64,000 nt of DNA, from assembly GCA_051744345.1 (NCBI GenBank), contig JBNJCW010000002.1, positions 1,176-65,175 of the forward strand, in the 5' to 3' direction. Numbering within the stretch: the first letter of the stretch is position 1; each line of letters starts with the position of its first letter. A program made the translations under genes and the position numbers. The notes beneath the pieces were generated by a model, which saw only the letters and a program-made list of their open reading frames with translations, did no database searches and was not told where the DNA came from. Below are positions 21,163 through 30,376 of this stretch, piece by piece. This DNA comes from Actinomycetota bacterium (GTDB taxonomy: Bacteria > Actinomycetota > Humimicrobiia > Humimicrobiales > Humimicrobiaceae).

Positions 21163-22616
21163 AATTTCACCTCCTCTTATTTTACACATACCTTTTTCAA
21201 ATCTATCTATGTAAAATCAAAAGAAACATCCACATAATAATTTTAGATGAAATAAATGTAATAAAAAATTTCTACCTAAAATTATTTCGTCCAGTTTTCT
21301 GTTTCTATTGCTTTTTTAATCTCATATTCAATTACAATCCATATACTTCTATTTTCAAAAAAGCCTTTAATGCGAGATATCTTTTTTATTACCAAGAGAA
21401 CACTTTTATGTATATTGTATGTTTTAGTTTATGATATTATAACCGCAGCAAGTCTGGTTTTTGGGTATAAAAAGTATGGATTTTTACTGGCTATTAGACC
21501 AGCATAGCAGCCGTATCTTTAGATATGCTATAGGAAATAAATGCAAGATTTAGATTACAAGGTTTGCGGTTTAACAGATATAATTACCAATGAATTCTAA
21601 AACTACAACATTGTTTATGAGTTATTCAGGCACAGCCCATAAAATTGCATTCTTTTATTGCAATAAACTACTGAGCTGATGATAAAGGCTGAGGGATAAC
21701 ATTATGATTTAAAATAAAATAGCGGCATAGTAAAAGCGCCATTTTTCAGGCTTAATTTTATCTAAAATTATCCTCAGGTTTTAAGATTTTAAGCCAAATA
21801 GACAGCGAATTTCAGAAAATTATGAACCAAATTATGAAAGAAATAACTATTTTTATTATTGACATATAAATAAGCAATAAAAAATTATACCTATATCATA
21901 TATATAATAATTCAGTAGTTTTTAAGGTTTTTCTATTTGTAATTTGACACAAGTTGCATAAAAAAGCTTAGCCAACAACGAACCCGACTAAATGACCAGC
22001 CGGGTTTTTTATTTAGTAATACTTGGTATTTTTATAACCGAGGAGAGGTAAAATGAGAAAGAAAAAGTTGTTGATTTTACCAATTAGGATAGTTGCTTCA
22101 AAAAGCAGGATTAGCATCTCCCTACTACTCCTTCCTCACAGTTTAAAGCAGACAAAAATGGCCAGACCAGAATAAGGTAAAAGGACTTTCCGGATCTAAG
22201 TGATAATGGATTTAAAAGGACGTTAAACCCTGGGTCATTATTTGAGCAGAAATCAACCATGCAGTCGTTTATAAAAAAGAAATAGATTAATTACCCTATT
22301 GCTGCTGGTGAATACACTGCACCTATAAATAAAAGCCTGGAAGACCGATATTATTTCTTTACGTGTCAAAGCAATAGATTGGAAAAAAGCAACAGAGGAT
22401 ATTGTCCCTTTTTTAGAACGTGAAGTTGAAAAACATCTATTAACCCGGGATAATTGTTTAAATCTTTTTAATAAATTTCATAAAAAATAAACACCAGTTT
22501 ATATCATGTTATCAGTCTAAATCTTTTGGTTGAGGGAAGTAGAACCCAAAGACTGGCTCCCCGGATCATGCCGGTGCGAGAACTTTTAAGATTAAAATAA
22601 TTATAGAGTATTAGAT

Positions 22617-22850
22617 TTAAGAAACCTTCTCAAGGCGTTCTGCCACCCAGACTTTAATAATAGATTGTCTTGGCACGCCTAGCCTTTTAGCTTCTTTATC
22701 CAATAGATTAATCATCCATAAAGGAAAATCGACATTAACCCTTTTTTTCACCTGCCCTGGTCTTTTTGCCTTGGATATATCAAGGTATCTAGATATGTCC
22801 TTATTTTCATCAAATTCTTTATCGAAATCATGAGCATTCATAAATATCAA
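22617..22850 (-). CDS. brnA: BrnA antitoxin (type II TA)
   Basis: C-terminal GVPRQSIIKVWVAERL resembles the BrnA RHH-like motif. Immediately downstream of brnT. Confidence 0.7.
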   Translation of the reverse strand: MIFMNAHDFDKEFDENKDISRYLDISKAKRPGQVKKRVNVDFPLWMINLLDKEAKRLGVPRQSIIKVWVAERLEKVS

Positions 22851-22875
22851 TTTCCTCCTTTCTTGACCTCCGTAC

Positions 22876-23121
22876 TTAAATTATTCTTATATTTTTACTT
22901 CGGTATGTTATAACAGCAGAATAATGTTTTTCCGATATTTTTCCGATTACCACTGACCTTTCCTCATCACTGGTCCTTACCGGTATCTCGATAAAATCTG
23001 TATCATCCCATAGTTTTTGTGTTTCGCAAAAATCAATGCCATGCTTCTTCTTATTGCTATTACTTTTTCTCTTATCGAATTCAAATTCCAAGGTATATTT
23101 ATTATACCTATTATATACCAT
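22876..23121 (-). CDS. brnT: BrnT toxin (DUF497 ribonuclease)
   Basis: LEFEFDKRKSNSNKKKHGIDFCE matches the DUF497 FEWD..K...N..KHG..F.E signature. Confidence 0.7.
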   Translation of the reverse strand: MVYNRYNKYTLEFEFDKRKSNSNKKKHGIDFCETQKLWDDTDFIEIPVRTSDEERSVVIGKISEKHYSAVITYRSKNIRII

Positions 23122-23192
23122 AAATCAAAATAAATTTTAGAATAAGTTAATCTGTAATCTGGATAGTAGTTTCCATTGTTGTTAGAGATTAG

Positions 23193-23410
23193 GGCCGATA
23201 GCTCCCTCTAGTGGACATATTTCGAATTTTTTATTTTAATGAAACGAGTACTTTAGAAGATAAATTAGATAGAATTAACACCATTTTTGTATTCCCATAA
23301 TCAAGAGTTTTATTTTCTAAGCCTCTTTATTGAAGATTTTAGGTCCATTTACCAAAAATTTACAATATAAATATAATATATTGACATCATAAAAATTTAT
23401 TTATATAAGG
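23193..23410 (+). repeat. Long direct repeat R1 (about 215 bp), near-identical to R2 at 36418-36632
   Basis: Aligns at about 95% identity with 36418..36632. Begins with the tRNA-3'-end-like core (agctccctctagtggacatatttcgaa). Confidence 0.85.
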
Positions 23411-23650
23411 TTCGGTGTTGCCTAAAAAGCTTCTATATGCCTTGTTTTGACATATTAGGTTATAGGGTATGGTATAAAAAAATCTCTATGGACCTCAATT
23501 TCCTAGACCATAATGGTAGCCTCATAAAAATTTTTGCAAATTAGATTAAAATGGTATATTCTATAATAATTGTATTTTTAATAAGATGAAAATATCTTAA
23601 TCAATATTTCTATATACAATAATAATACAAGCACAGGGAAATAAAAAGTT

Positions 23651-23696
23651 CTCCCAGTATCATAGTGGACATATTTCGAACTTATTTTTTTATTTG
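23651..23696 (+). repeat. Degenerate tRNA-Asn-3'-end-like repeat copy
   Basis: catagtggacatatttcgaacttattttttatttg matches the cores of R1 and R2 and the 35413 copy. Confidence 0.6.
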
Positions 23697-23835
23697 TCTA
23701 ATCAAATATTTTAACTTGGAGGTAGGGTTATATCTACTAAAGCCCTATACTTTTATTTGTTTTTCAAAGAGCATTTTTATTAAGTAGTTGTAAACACAAC
23801 TCTTAGATAGTGCATATAATAATCGGTTAATTAAT

Positions 23836-24126
23836 TTAGTTATTTTTTAAGTTTTTAAATGCCTCCAAGTAGTCGTCATAACGAATAGATGATTTTATAC
23901 CAAATTCAGCAAGTAAGTCTAAAACATCATTTATGGATAGGTCAAGTTCTTCCGCCATTTTTCCAATAGACACTTTACCCGTGCTATATAATTTAAGCCA
24001 ATAAAACATCCATCCTTCCCTTAATAATTCTCTTACTACTGCTGACTTTGCTTCTTTTTTTTGTGCTGATAACTTAGATATTCTATTTAATTCCTCCCTA
24101 TTTAAACGGAGACTCATTACACTCAT
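23836..24126 (-). CDS. UPF0175-family antitoxin
   Basis: C-terminal HTH-like block KMAEELDLSINDVLDLLAEFGI. Overlaps the downstream PIN-like gene by the stop codon. Confidence 0.55.
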   Translation of the reverse strand: MSVMSLRLNREELNRISKLSAQKKEAKSAVVRELLREGWMFYWLKLYSTGKVSIGKMAEELDLSINDVLDLLAEFGIKSSIRYDDYLEAFKNLKNN

Positions 24127-24127
24127 T

Positions 24128-24607
24128 TTAATTACCTTTCCTTATACGTTTTTTGGCATCTTTAATTATATCTATCGAATAACGCCCAAATTCTTGAAGT
24201 AAATTAAGTTTTGCCAAAGCAATTTTTTTATCCATATCTGCGCTAACTAAAAAATGAATTGCTGTTACAAATTTTATATTAAATATTTTACAAACTTTAA
24301 TAGCTAATCCATCGTCAGTTGCAAAAATATAATTATTCTCTCTAGTTAAGACTAATGCGGCCGCTTCGCCTTTCCCTAAAGAAAAATCTTTACAAACCTT
24401 CTCAATAACTTTCTTATTTGGATTTTTATTTAATTTGATCCTTCCTTCATCAATAAATCCTTTAATAATTTTGGAATCCATAGTTTCTTTAAATAAAACT
24501 TCTTTTTTTACTATTTCGGGTATAACTCCAATATGCTGCTTTAAAACCAATTTTAGAATATCCACCTTAGCTAACAAAATCAATGTAGAAGAATCAAAAA
24601 TTATCAA
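24128..24607 (-). CDS. DUF3368/PIN-like nuclease toxin
   Basis: N-terminal IIFDSSTLILLAKV (PIN acidic motif). Operon with a UPF0175 gene. Confidence 0.6.
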   Translation of the reverse strand: MIIFDSSTLILLAKVDILKLVLKQHIGVIPEIVKKEVLFKETMDSKIIKGFIDEGRIKLNKNPNKKVIEKVCKDFSLGKGEAAALVLTRENNYIFATDDGLAIKVCKIFNIKFVTAIHFLVSADMDKKIALAKLNLLQEFGRYSIDIIKDAKKRIRKGN

Positions 24608-25203
24608 TATTACCTCATTATTACAATTAACTACATTCGTAGTTTATCAGAAAAAAAGAATTGCATCAATACTTAAAAAGAATAATAGGAAAATAGTAAT
24701 CCCGTAGAGCTTATGGGTTTAAAAACTTTAAAAATTATAGACTTAGAGTTAATGCGCGTTAGTTTGACAGCATAGCCCTAACACCATTCCCCCAGATCCC
24801 CCGCTATAAGGCTTTAAGGGAATTTTTTATTGTAAAAAGATAGGCAGGAAGTATTCCCCGGAAAATATAATGGAGTGCCTTAATTGTATATCCTGCTCCA
24901 ATGAGCAGGATAACCTTTATCTTTTTGATTATAGGAGCAGGGTATCAGATGCCATAGGTGATGCCCTGGGTATTGACTTTGCCAAAAAGAGGCTTCGCAG
25001 GGCAGAGATAAAAAATATTTTGGCAGAAAGCAAAAAATGAGCTAAAGTGTCCAAAGCTTACATTATGTACAATAACCTGACTTTGACAGCAAAAAGGATC
25101 AAAAAAAGGCCAAAACCCCTTTAAACACAGGGATTCCAGCCTTTTCAAATTTTCACAAATATGTGGTATATATAGATAAAAACAGTGAGTATAATTACAG
25201 GGA

Positions 25204-25698
25204 TCACTCATTTATTGGTGCAGACATTACATTTAGCTGGTGCTGTCCATCTTTACGAGAAATTTCAAGATCCACTATCATCATCTTTATATGGGAAAAG
25301 CTCTTTTTTTTCCGTTCCAGCATCATTGATAAAATTGCTTTTACCGTTTTTTTATCAAGGTTGTCTTTTATGTATTTTTCAATATCCCCATCTATCAATT
25401 TTTTTCTTTCTTTCGGGGGAAAGGAAGAAGAATTCCAGGCTAATGCGGAAAGTTGAATTGCATTAAAAAATGCCCTATCGCTTTCACATTCATCGGTTAA
25501 AGGTTCTGCAAATTCAAGTAATATTTCTGACATTTTTTCATTTCGGGTATTGGGAGTTACAATCGTTCCTTCAGGCAAATCTTTACGCAGACCACTTGAG
25601 AAAAGTATTTTGCCTTTATTATTTTTCCCATAACAGCACTTTTTATATTTTTTCCCACTGCCGCAGGGGCATGGTTGATTTCTGCCGATTCTTGCCAT
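25204..25698 (-). CDS. SEC-C motif domain protein
   Basis: N-terminal RNQPCPCGSGKKYKKCC (SecA C-terminal Zn-binding motif). Confidence 0.55.
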   Translation of the reverse strand: MARIGRNQPCPCGSGKKYKKCCYGKNNKGKILFSSGLRKDLPEGTIVTPNTRNEKMSEILLEFAEPLTDECESDRAFFNAIQLSALAWNSSSFPPKERKKLIDGDIEKYIKDNLDKKTVKAILSMMLERKKKSFSHIKMMIVDLEISRKDGQHQLNVMSAPINE

Positions 25699-25782
25699 AT
25701 ATCTTTCCCCTTATTCTGATGATAGTTTCATCTATCCTGCTGCTGTTATTTGTAGTTGACAGGCAACCGCCTCCATTCTTTT

Positions 25783-26559
25783 TTATCTATACTTCCTAAG
25801 ATTAAAAGGTTCTACCTTTATCGTAACGATGCTGTCTGTGCCGATCCTGAGCAACATATTCCCGATCTGCTGCATAGTATACGTCTTACCATAGGTCTTG
25901 ATGCATGCGTCAGTCCAGCCCCAGTCGACTTTGCCGATAAGGCCTTCGCCGGTTAATAGACGGAGGGCATCAAATTCATTGTTTTCCAGAGCATAATACA
26001 ATCTTCTATTAACCTCATTCTTGTTAAAATATTCAGGATCATAAATGCGTCCCCTGGTATCCTTTTCGGCCCAGTCCAGCATATTCTGCCTTTCCGGATT
26101 ACTTTTATCGCTTATTATCCTAACAAAATCAGTATAACCGGAAATCCCTCCTACATCCTCCGGAGGTCTTTCCCTTGCGCCTCCCATACATTCTGGCATT
26201 GAATTTCTCTTTGTATCCTTGAGCTTTCTCTCTACAATGATCTTATGCTTCCAGGTATCGCCAAAATCATATTCGTATTCAAATTCATCATGTTCATCAA
26301 GGAATTTATCGATTGTGGTATCCTCCGGGTCAAGCTCCACTATATCATCCCCAAATAATTCAGCCGGCGAATAATCATCAAACGGCTCGGTTATGACAAT
26401 ATTGGGGAAATCAAACTTAAATAGATGGTATTCCAGCCAGCCGAAAGAAGCCTGTATTATCTGGTGAAACTGCTGGAAAGTTATGCCTCCCGGAATCTTT
26501 AATCTCCGCCATATCTCCGGTTCTATGCCTTTTATGGATATCTTGATTTTGTATGCCAT
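25783..26559 (-). CDS. Plasmid pRiA4b ORF-3-like (PF07929) family protein
   Basis: N-terminal YKIKISIKGIEPEIWRRLKIPGGITFQQFHQIIQASFGWLEYHLFKF is characteristic of the family. Confidence 0.7.
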   Translation of the reverse strand: MAYKIKISIKGIEPEIWRRLKIPGGITFQQFHQIIQASFGWLEYHLFKFDFPNIVITEPFDDYSPAELFGDDIVELDPEDTTIDKFLDEHDEFEYEYDFGDTWKHKIIVERKLKDTKRNSMPECMGGARERPPEDVGGISGYTDFVRIISDKSNPERQNMLDWAEKDTRGRIYDPEYFNKNEVNRRLYYALENNEFDALRLLTGEGLIGKVDWGWTDACIKTYGKTYTMQQIGNMLLRIGTDSIVTIKVEPFNLRKYR

Positions 26560-26721
26560 TTATTCTTAGATCCTTTCAATTATTGTTTCTTATATCAAAT
26601 ATAGCATAGCCGATGTTACATTAAAAACTTTTGTTGTATTAAATTTTTCAAAGCAAAAACAGAGAATTATTTAAGCCTTGAGATCAGTATTTATTTGATA
26701 GAATTATAAAAAACATTTTAG

Positions 26722-26775
26722 GTGTCCGGATAGTCCCGTTACCCTGTCCGGATGTTTCCGTTATAGTGTCCGGAT
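26722..26775. promoter_or_regulatory. Three direct repeats of GTGTCCGGAT spaced 22 bp, in the upstream region of the PRiA4_ORF3-like gene
   Basis: Copies at 26722-26731, 26744-26753 and 26766-26775. A fourth copy is at 13207-13216. Confidence 0.5.
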
Positions 26776-26785
26776 GACACCGTAA

Positions 26786-28137
26786 TCAATCTTCATTTTC
26801 ATAACCGCCCCAGAAGCTCCGTTTCCTTTTATGTTCATTATAAATCCGTTCCTTGAATATCAAATGATCCTCAAAGTCTTTCCAATCAGAGACCCTTACC
26901 GCCATTTTATCCAGTTTTTTAAGGTAGCGGATACCGTGGTAATATGCTTTTGAATATCTCCGATCCAGAATTGAGAACAGGAGGCTCCTGTAAATAACAC
27001 TCGCTGCAAGGAAACGCCCCTCTGACTCCATTAATTTTACTAAATTAAGAAGGCCTGTATAATGATCCCCATCAAGCTGTCCGGCCCTATTAATAATATA
27101 TTCCTCTGCTTCATCGATCTTTGCGATTCATTAAGAACTGAGCATCATTCAGGCTTAACCTGTCATTTGAAACTATGGAAGCCACTGCCTCTGATAAAAC
27201 TTCATCCCTTTTCCCAGCCCCGATAACATTCAGTAACTCCTGAAGTCTTTCTGTAGAATGATAAGATCTGAATCTTTTATAGAGAAGATCTATCAATTTA
27301 TCCTTATAGCCAGGCTTTTGATAGATCTTTACCAAAAGCTCCTCTGCCTCATACTTCCGTAATGAATCATCTTCGGGAATCTTTTTCAACCATGAAAGAG
27401 CGGTTTCTGCATCACCACTTTTAAAAATATACACAGGCAATATCATATAATGCAGCTGCTGATAGTTTTTCACTGGAAGCAACCTGTATTTGCTTAAAGA
27501 GCTCTGCGTCTTTTATCTGCCGCGCCAATGATCCGACAAGGCCCAGGTAATGCCGTCTCCAGCGGCTCCCCTCTCCACTATCGGCCAGTTCCTGGATCTT
27601 ATCGATCATGGACCGGATCATTTTTTCAGGCAGGCATTCCGAAGCGCAGTCAATCAGTGTATCCCTTATCCCGTAATCATCATTCCTGTTAAGCTCAAGT
27701 ATGATGCCAGCAACTTTTTCCTTGTCTTCGCATTCTGCCGCATACCTGGTAAATAATTCTTTTGCATCATAACAAAATATATCCCCTATATTGCCGCTGG
27801 AATCGTCGCATTGATTAAATATCTCCTCATCTGCCTTATAGAAAAGCGAGATAAGCTCAAGACCCGTAGAGGGGTCCTTAACTCCTGCCCTCAGGTCTTC
27901 CAGCAATTCCCCAAGCTTTTGGGCAAAATCTTCGGATTCATTCCACTCATAAAAATGCCTGGACCTTTTTATCCCGGACAGCTTCTTTTTGAACCGCTGT
28001 ATATTCTCTTCAGGACCGGAGATCATGCGCTCAACCAGGTTATCTGCAGTATCGGACCATTCTGCAAGTTCCAGCAGCGCATCTGCCAGGGTTTCGGCTC
28101 CCAGGTCTGTTAATTTTTGTCTGCGTTTGTCTTCCAT
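26786..28137 (-). pseudogene. Hypothetical protein gene disrupted by a frameshift (about 440 aa if fused)
   Basis: ORFs 27421..28137 and 27111..27482 overlap by 62 nt. Removing one A from the A5 run at 27423-27427 fuses ...DIACVYF to KSGDAETALSW.... A third ORF, 26786..27031, continues in another frame. Confidence 0.45.
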
Positions 28138-28580
28138 ATTATCTTATATGCTCAACTAAAATCTCTTCCAATTAATTCCCTGATAAACAGGCAAAACGTG
28201 TTCCACTTTTCAGGAAAATCACTACTCCCCTTGGAACTAAAAACTTCACTATTATCAAAATAGATTTCAAGGGACCAACTTGTCCCATCCAATACTTCAT
28301 TGTTATTATAATTTTTTCCCATTTAGTAATTTCTATTGAATCTAGTTAATTAGTAAAGGCAGCCAATTTTTTATTAGGAATTTTAATTTTCTCTTTATCT
28401 TCCTTTACAAAACATTTTTTATAGGCAATATACTGTGCCACAGAATTTTCAAAGTCTATTTCTACACTGAACCGCCGACTGAAACTTTTAATGTTTCTAT
28501 CTGCATTACTGATCGGCTCCTTTTTATTATTTCAGGTTTTTCATTTGTTAAGAATTTGGTTCTATGTCTAGTAGGTTTTC

Positions 28581-29555
28581 TTAATCAAGACCGTACTTAC
28601 TCTTAAACTCCCCTATCCAATCTATATGTCTGTCAGATCTTGATATTTCCCCTACAAGATCCTGTATCGTTATCCTGCTGACCAGATGACTATATTTCCT
28701 GGGTATGAAAGAAACAAGAAATGGCCACAGGCCTCTTTCTTTGCTCTCATCAGACGCTTCTAAGAATGCTGGATTCCTCTTATCATGAAGAAGCAAAAAG
28801 GAGCCTCCTATTTTTAATGAAAATAATACTTCCCTGTAGAATTGATAATAATTTATAAATGGGCAGATAAGCCCCTTTGAGAGTTTTTCCTCATCGAACC
28901 TGAATTCTTCCATAAGATCCCAATATTTCCTGCCAATGTGGTGAAGGTAGCAATTTTTAAGACCATAGACAACAGGATTTCTGCCATCACAATCCCCGCG
29001 TTCAAAAACAGAACAGCTGCCAAACCCCCTCTCTGCCAGTTTTGATTCGATAAATATATTTCTACCCTGACCCTCTATTACAGCATCAAGAGATGTCGGT
29101 TGTCCGGAATCTTCATTAAAAACTGAACGGTCACAGCACTCAAACCTGGCCGATACTTTGCTTGAAGGCCAGTTAATACCAGCATTTTCTATCACTGATT
29201 TTAATGGATCCAGGTCATCCCTTATTATAAGGGGGGCAAGCAGGTTAAATAACATAGCCTGGCTGCTTAATCCGTGATGAAGGTATTTGTGCAAGGGAAA
29301 GGCTTCCTTGCCAAGGTTTCTCTGGTTTTCTTCCAGGATGTATTCTGAGACTTCGGGGCATATAATATTTTTTGGCCAGCTTATAAGAGAATCCAAACAA
29401 TACAGCATTTTGGGATGGGTTTTAAATCCTTTTTCCCTGAACCATCTACTGGATGAATTCCGGAGTTCGGCTTCAAATTCTTTGTAGCGTTTATGAGGCC
29501 AGGTTCTTGCAAGACGCTTATTATTATCTTTTATTGTCTCTAATTCATCTTGCAT
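28581..29555 (-). CDS. Hypothetical protein with PD-(D/E)xK-like nuclease motif
   Basis: SLDAVIEGQGRNIFIESKLAE (D...E.K) is preceded by the His-rich stretch HKYLHHGLSS. No recognised family. Confidence 0.35.
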   Translation of the reverse strand: MQDELETIKDNNKRLARTWPHKRYKEFEAELRNSSSRWFREKGFKTHPKMLYCLDSLISWPKNIICPEVSEYILEENQRNLGKEAFPLHKYLHHGLSSQAMLFNLLAPLIIRDDLDPLKSVIENAGINWPSSKVSARFECCDRSVFNEDSGQPTSLDAVIEGQGRNIFIESKLAERGFGSCSVFERGDCDGRNPVVYGLKNCYLHHIGRKYWDLMEEFRFDEEKLSKGLICPFINYYQFYREVLFSLKIGGSFLLLHDKRNPAFLEASDESKERGLWPFLVSFIPRKYSHLVSRITIQDLVGEISRSDRHIDWIGEFKSKYGLD

Positions 29556-29765
29556 AAAAACAGAAATCCTTGCTTACTAATCATCAATATTTATCTGATT
29601 TAGAAATTCCTTTATTTTTATCATATCATCATTACAAAATCTTCCTATCTTTCTTTTATTTTTTCAGAGATCTCGTCAATCGAAGCATCAATCTTGTCGT
29701 TGGGATTTAATATTTTTTTTTGATAAACAGTATTATATTTTTGATATAAATTATTCCCAATAATT

Positions 29766-30188
29766 GAAAAGAAGAAATCAAAGATTGAGGATCTTGTAAT
29801 TGATGGTACCTTTGACAGAATGACATACTCCAAGAAAAAAAATGAAATTGAGACTGATATTATATCAAAGAAAACTGAGTTATGAGATTATGAAAATGGA
29901 TTAATAGATATATATCAGTTAATTGAATACGGAAAGAAATTTTTATTTAATCTATCAAATTTATGGCTTAATTTAGATACTGATAAAAAAAGAAAATTTC
30001 AAAATGTGCTATTTCCTGAAGGTATTTACATTGAAAATGATAAGTTTCGAACCACCGAAATAGCCAGCATTTTTAAGTTTTTCAGAGATTATAATTTTGA
30101 AGAATCAAACTTGGCTCCCCTAAGTAGTGAAACTTCGAACCTTTTTTTGAAAGTATTATTACGGTTAAAGGAAATTGATGTTATATAA
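29766..30188 (+). pseudogene. C-terminal remnant of a large serine recombinase, with an in-frame stop
   Basis: Translation ...IDGTFDRMTYSKKKNEIETDIISKKTEL*DYENGLIDIYQLIEYGKKFLFNLSNLWLNLDTDKKRKFQNVLFPEGIYIEND... resembles TP901/SpoIVCA-type integrase C-terminal tails. No catalytic domain upstream. Confidence 0.4.
30111..30153 (+). repeat. tRNA-Asn-3'-end-like repeat copy (inside the recombinase remnant)
   Basis: ttggctcccctaagtagtgaaacttcgaacctttttttgaaag. Confidence 0.6.
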
Positions 30189-30376
30189 ATTGAAACAGAA
30201 CAAACAGCGAATCGAAAGATTTTACAAAGTAAACGGTACAAACATAAAGAAATTGTGAAGAGAAGCTCCAACATAATGATCTAAAGGATTGGAACTTTTT
30301 CTCTTATTTATTATATTAAGCTTGAAATTTAAAAAGTTTTTGCTATGAATGTATAATGTTACCCTGGTTATTTCTA

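Noticed and set aside
22554-22584. tggctccccggatcatgccggtgcgagaac as a confident repeat copy
   Set aside because: It shares the TGGCTCCCC core and a CGAGAAC tail but the middle is GC-rich and unlike the others. Kept only as a weak or possible copy.
24870-25040. 56-codon plus-strand ORF MECLNCISCSNEQDNLYLFDY... as a zinc-ribbon antitoxin
   Set aside because: It has only three Cys in CxxCxxC spacing, no RBS and no partner gene. Too weak to call.
30045-30069. Partial repeat gtttcgaaccaccgaaatagccagc as an additional inverted att copy
   Set aside because: It shares only TTCGAACCA with the repeat tail. The match is too short to distinguish from chance in coding sequence.
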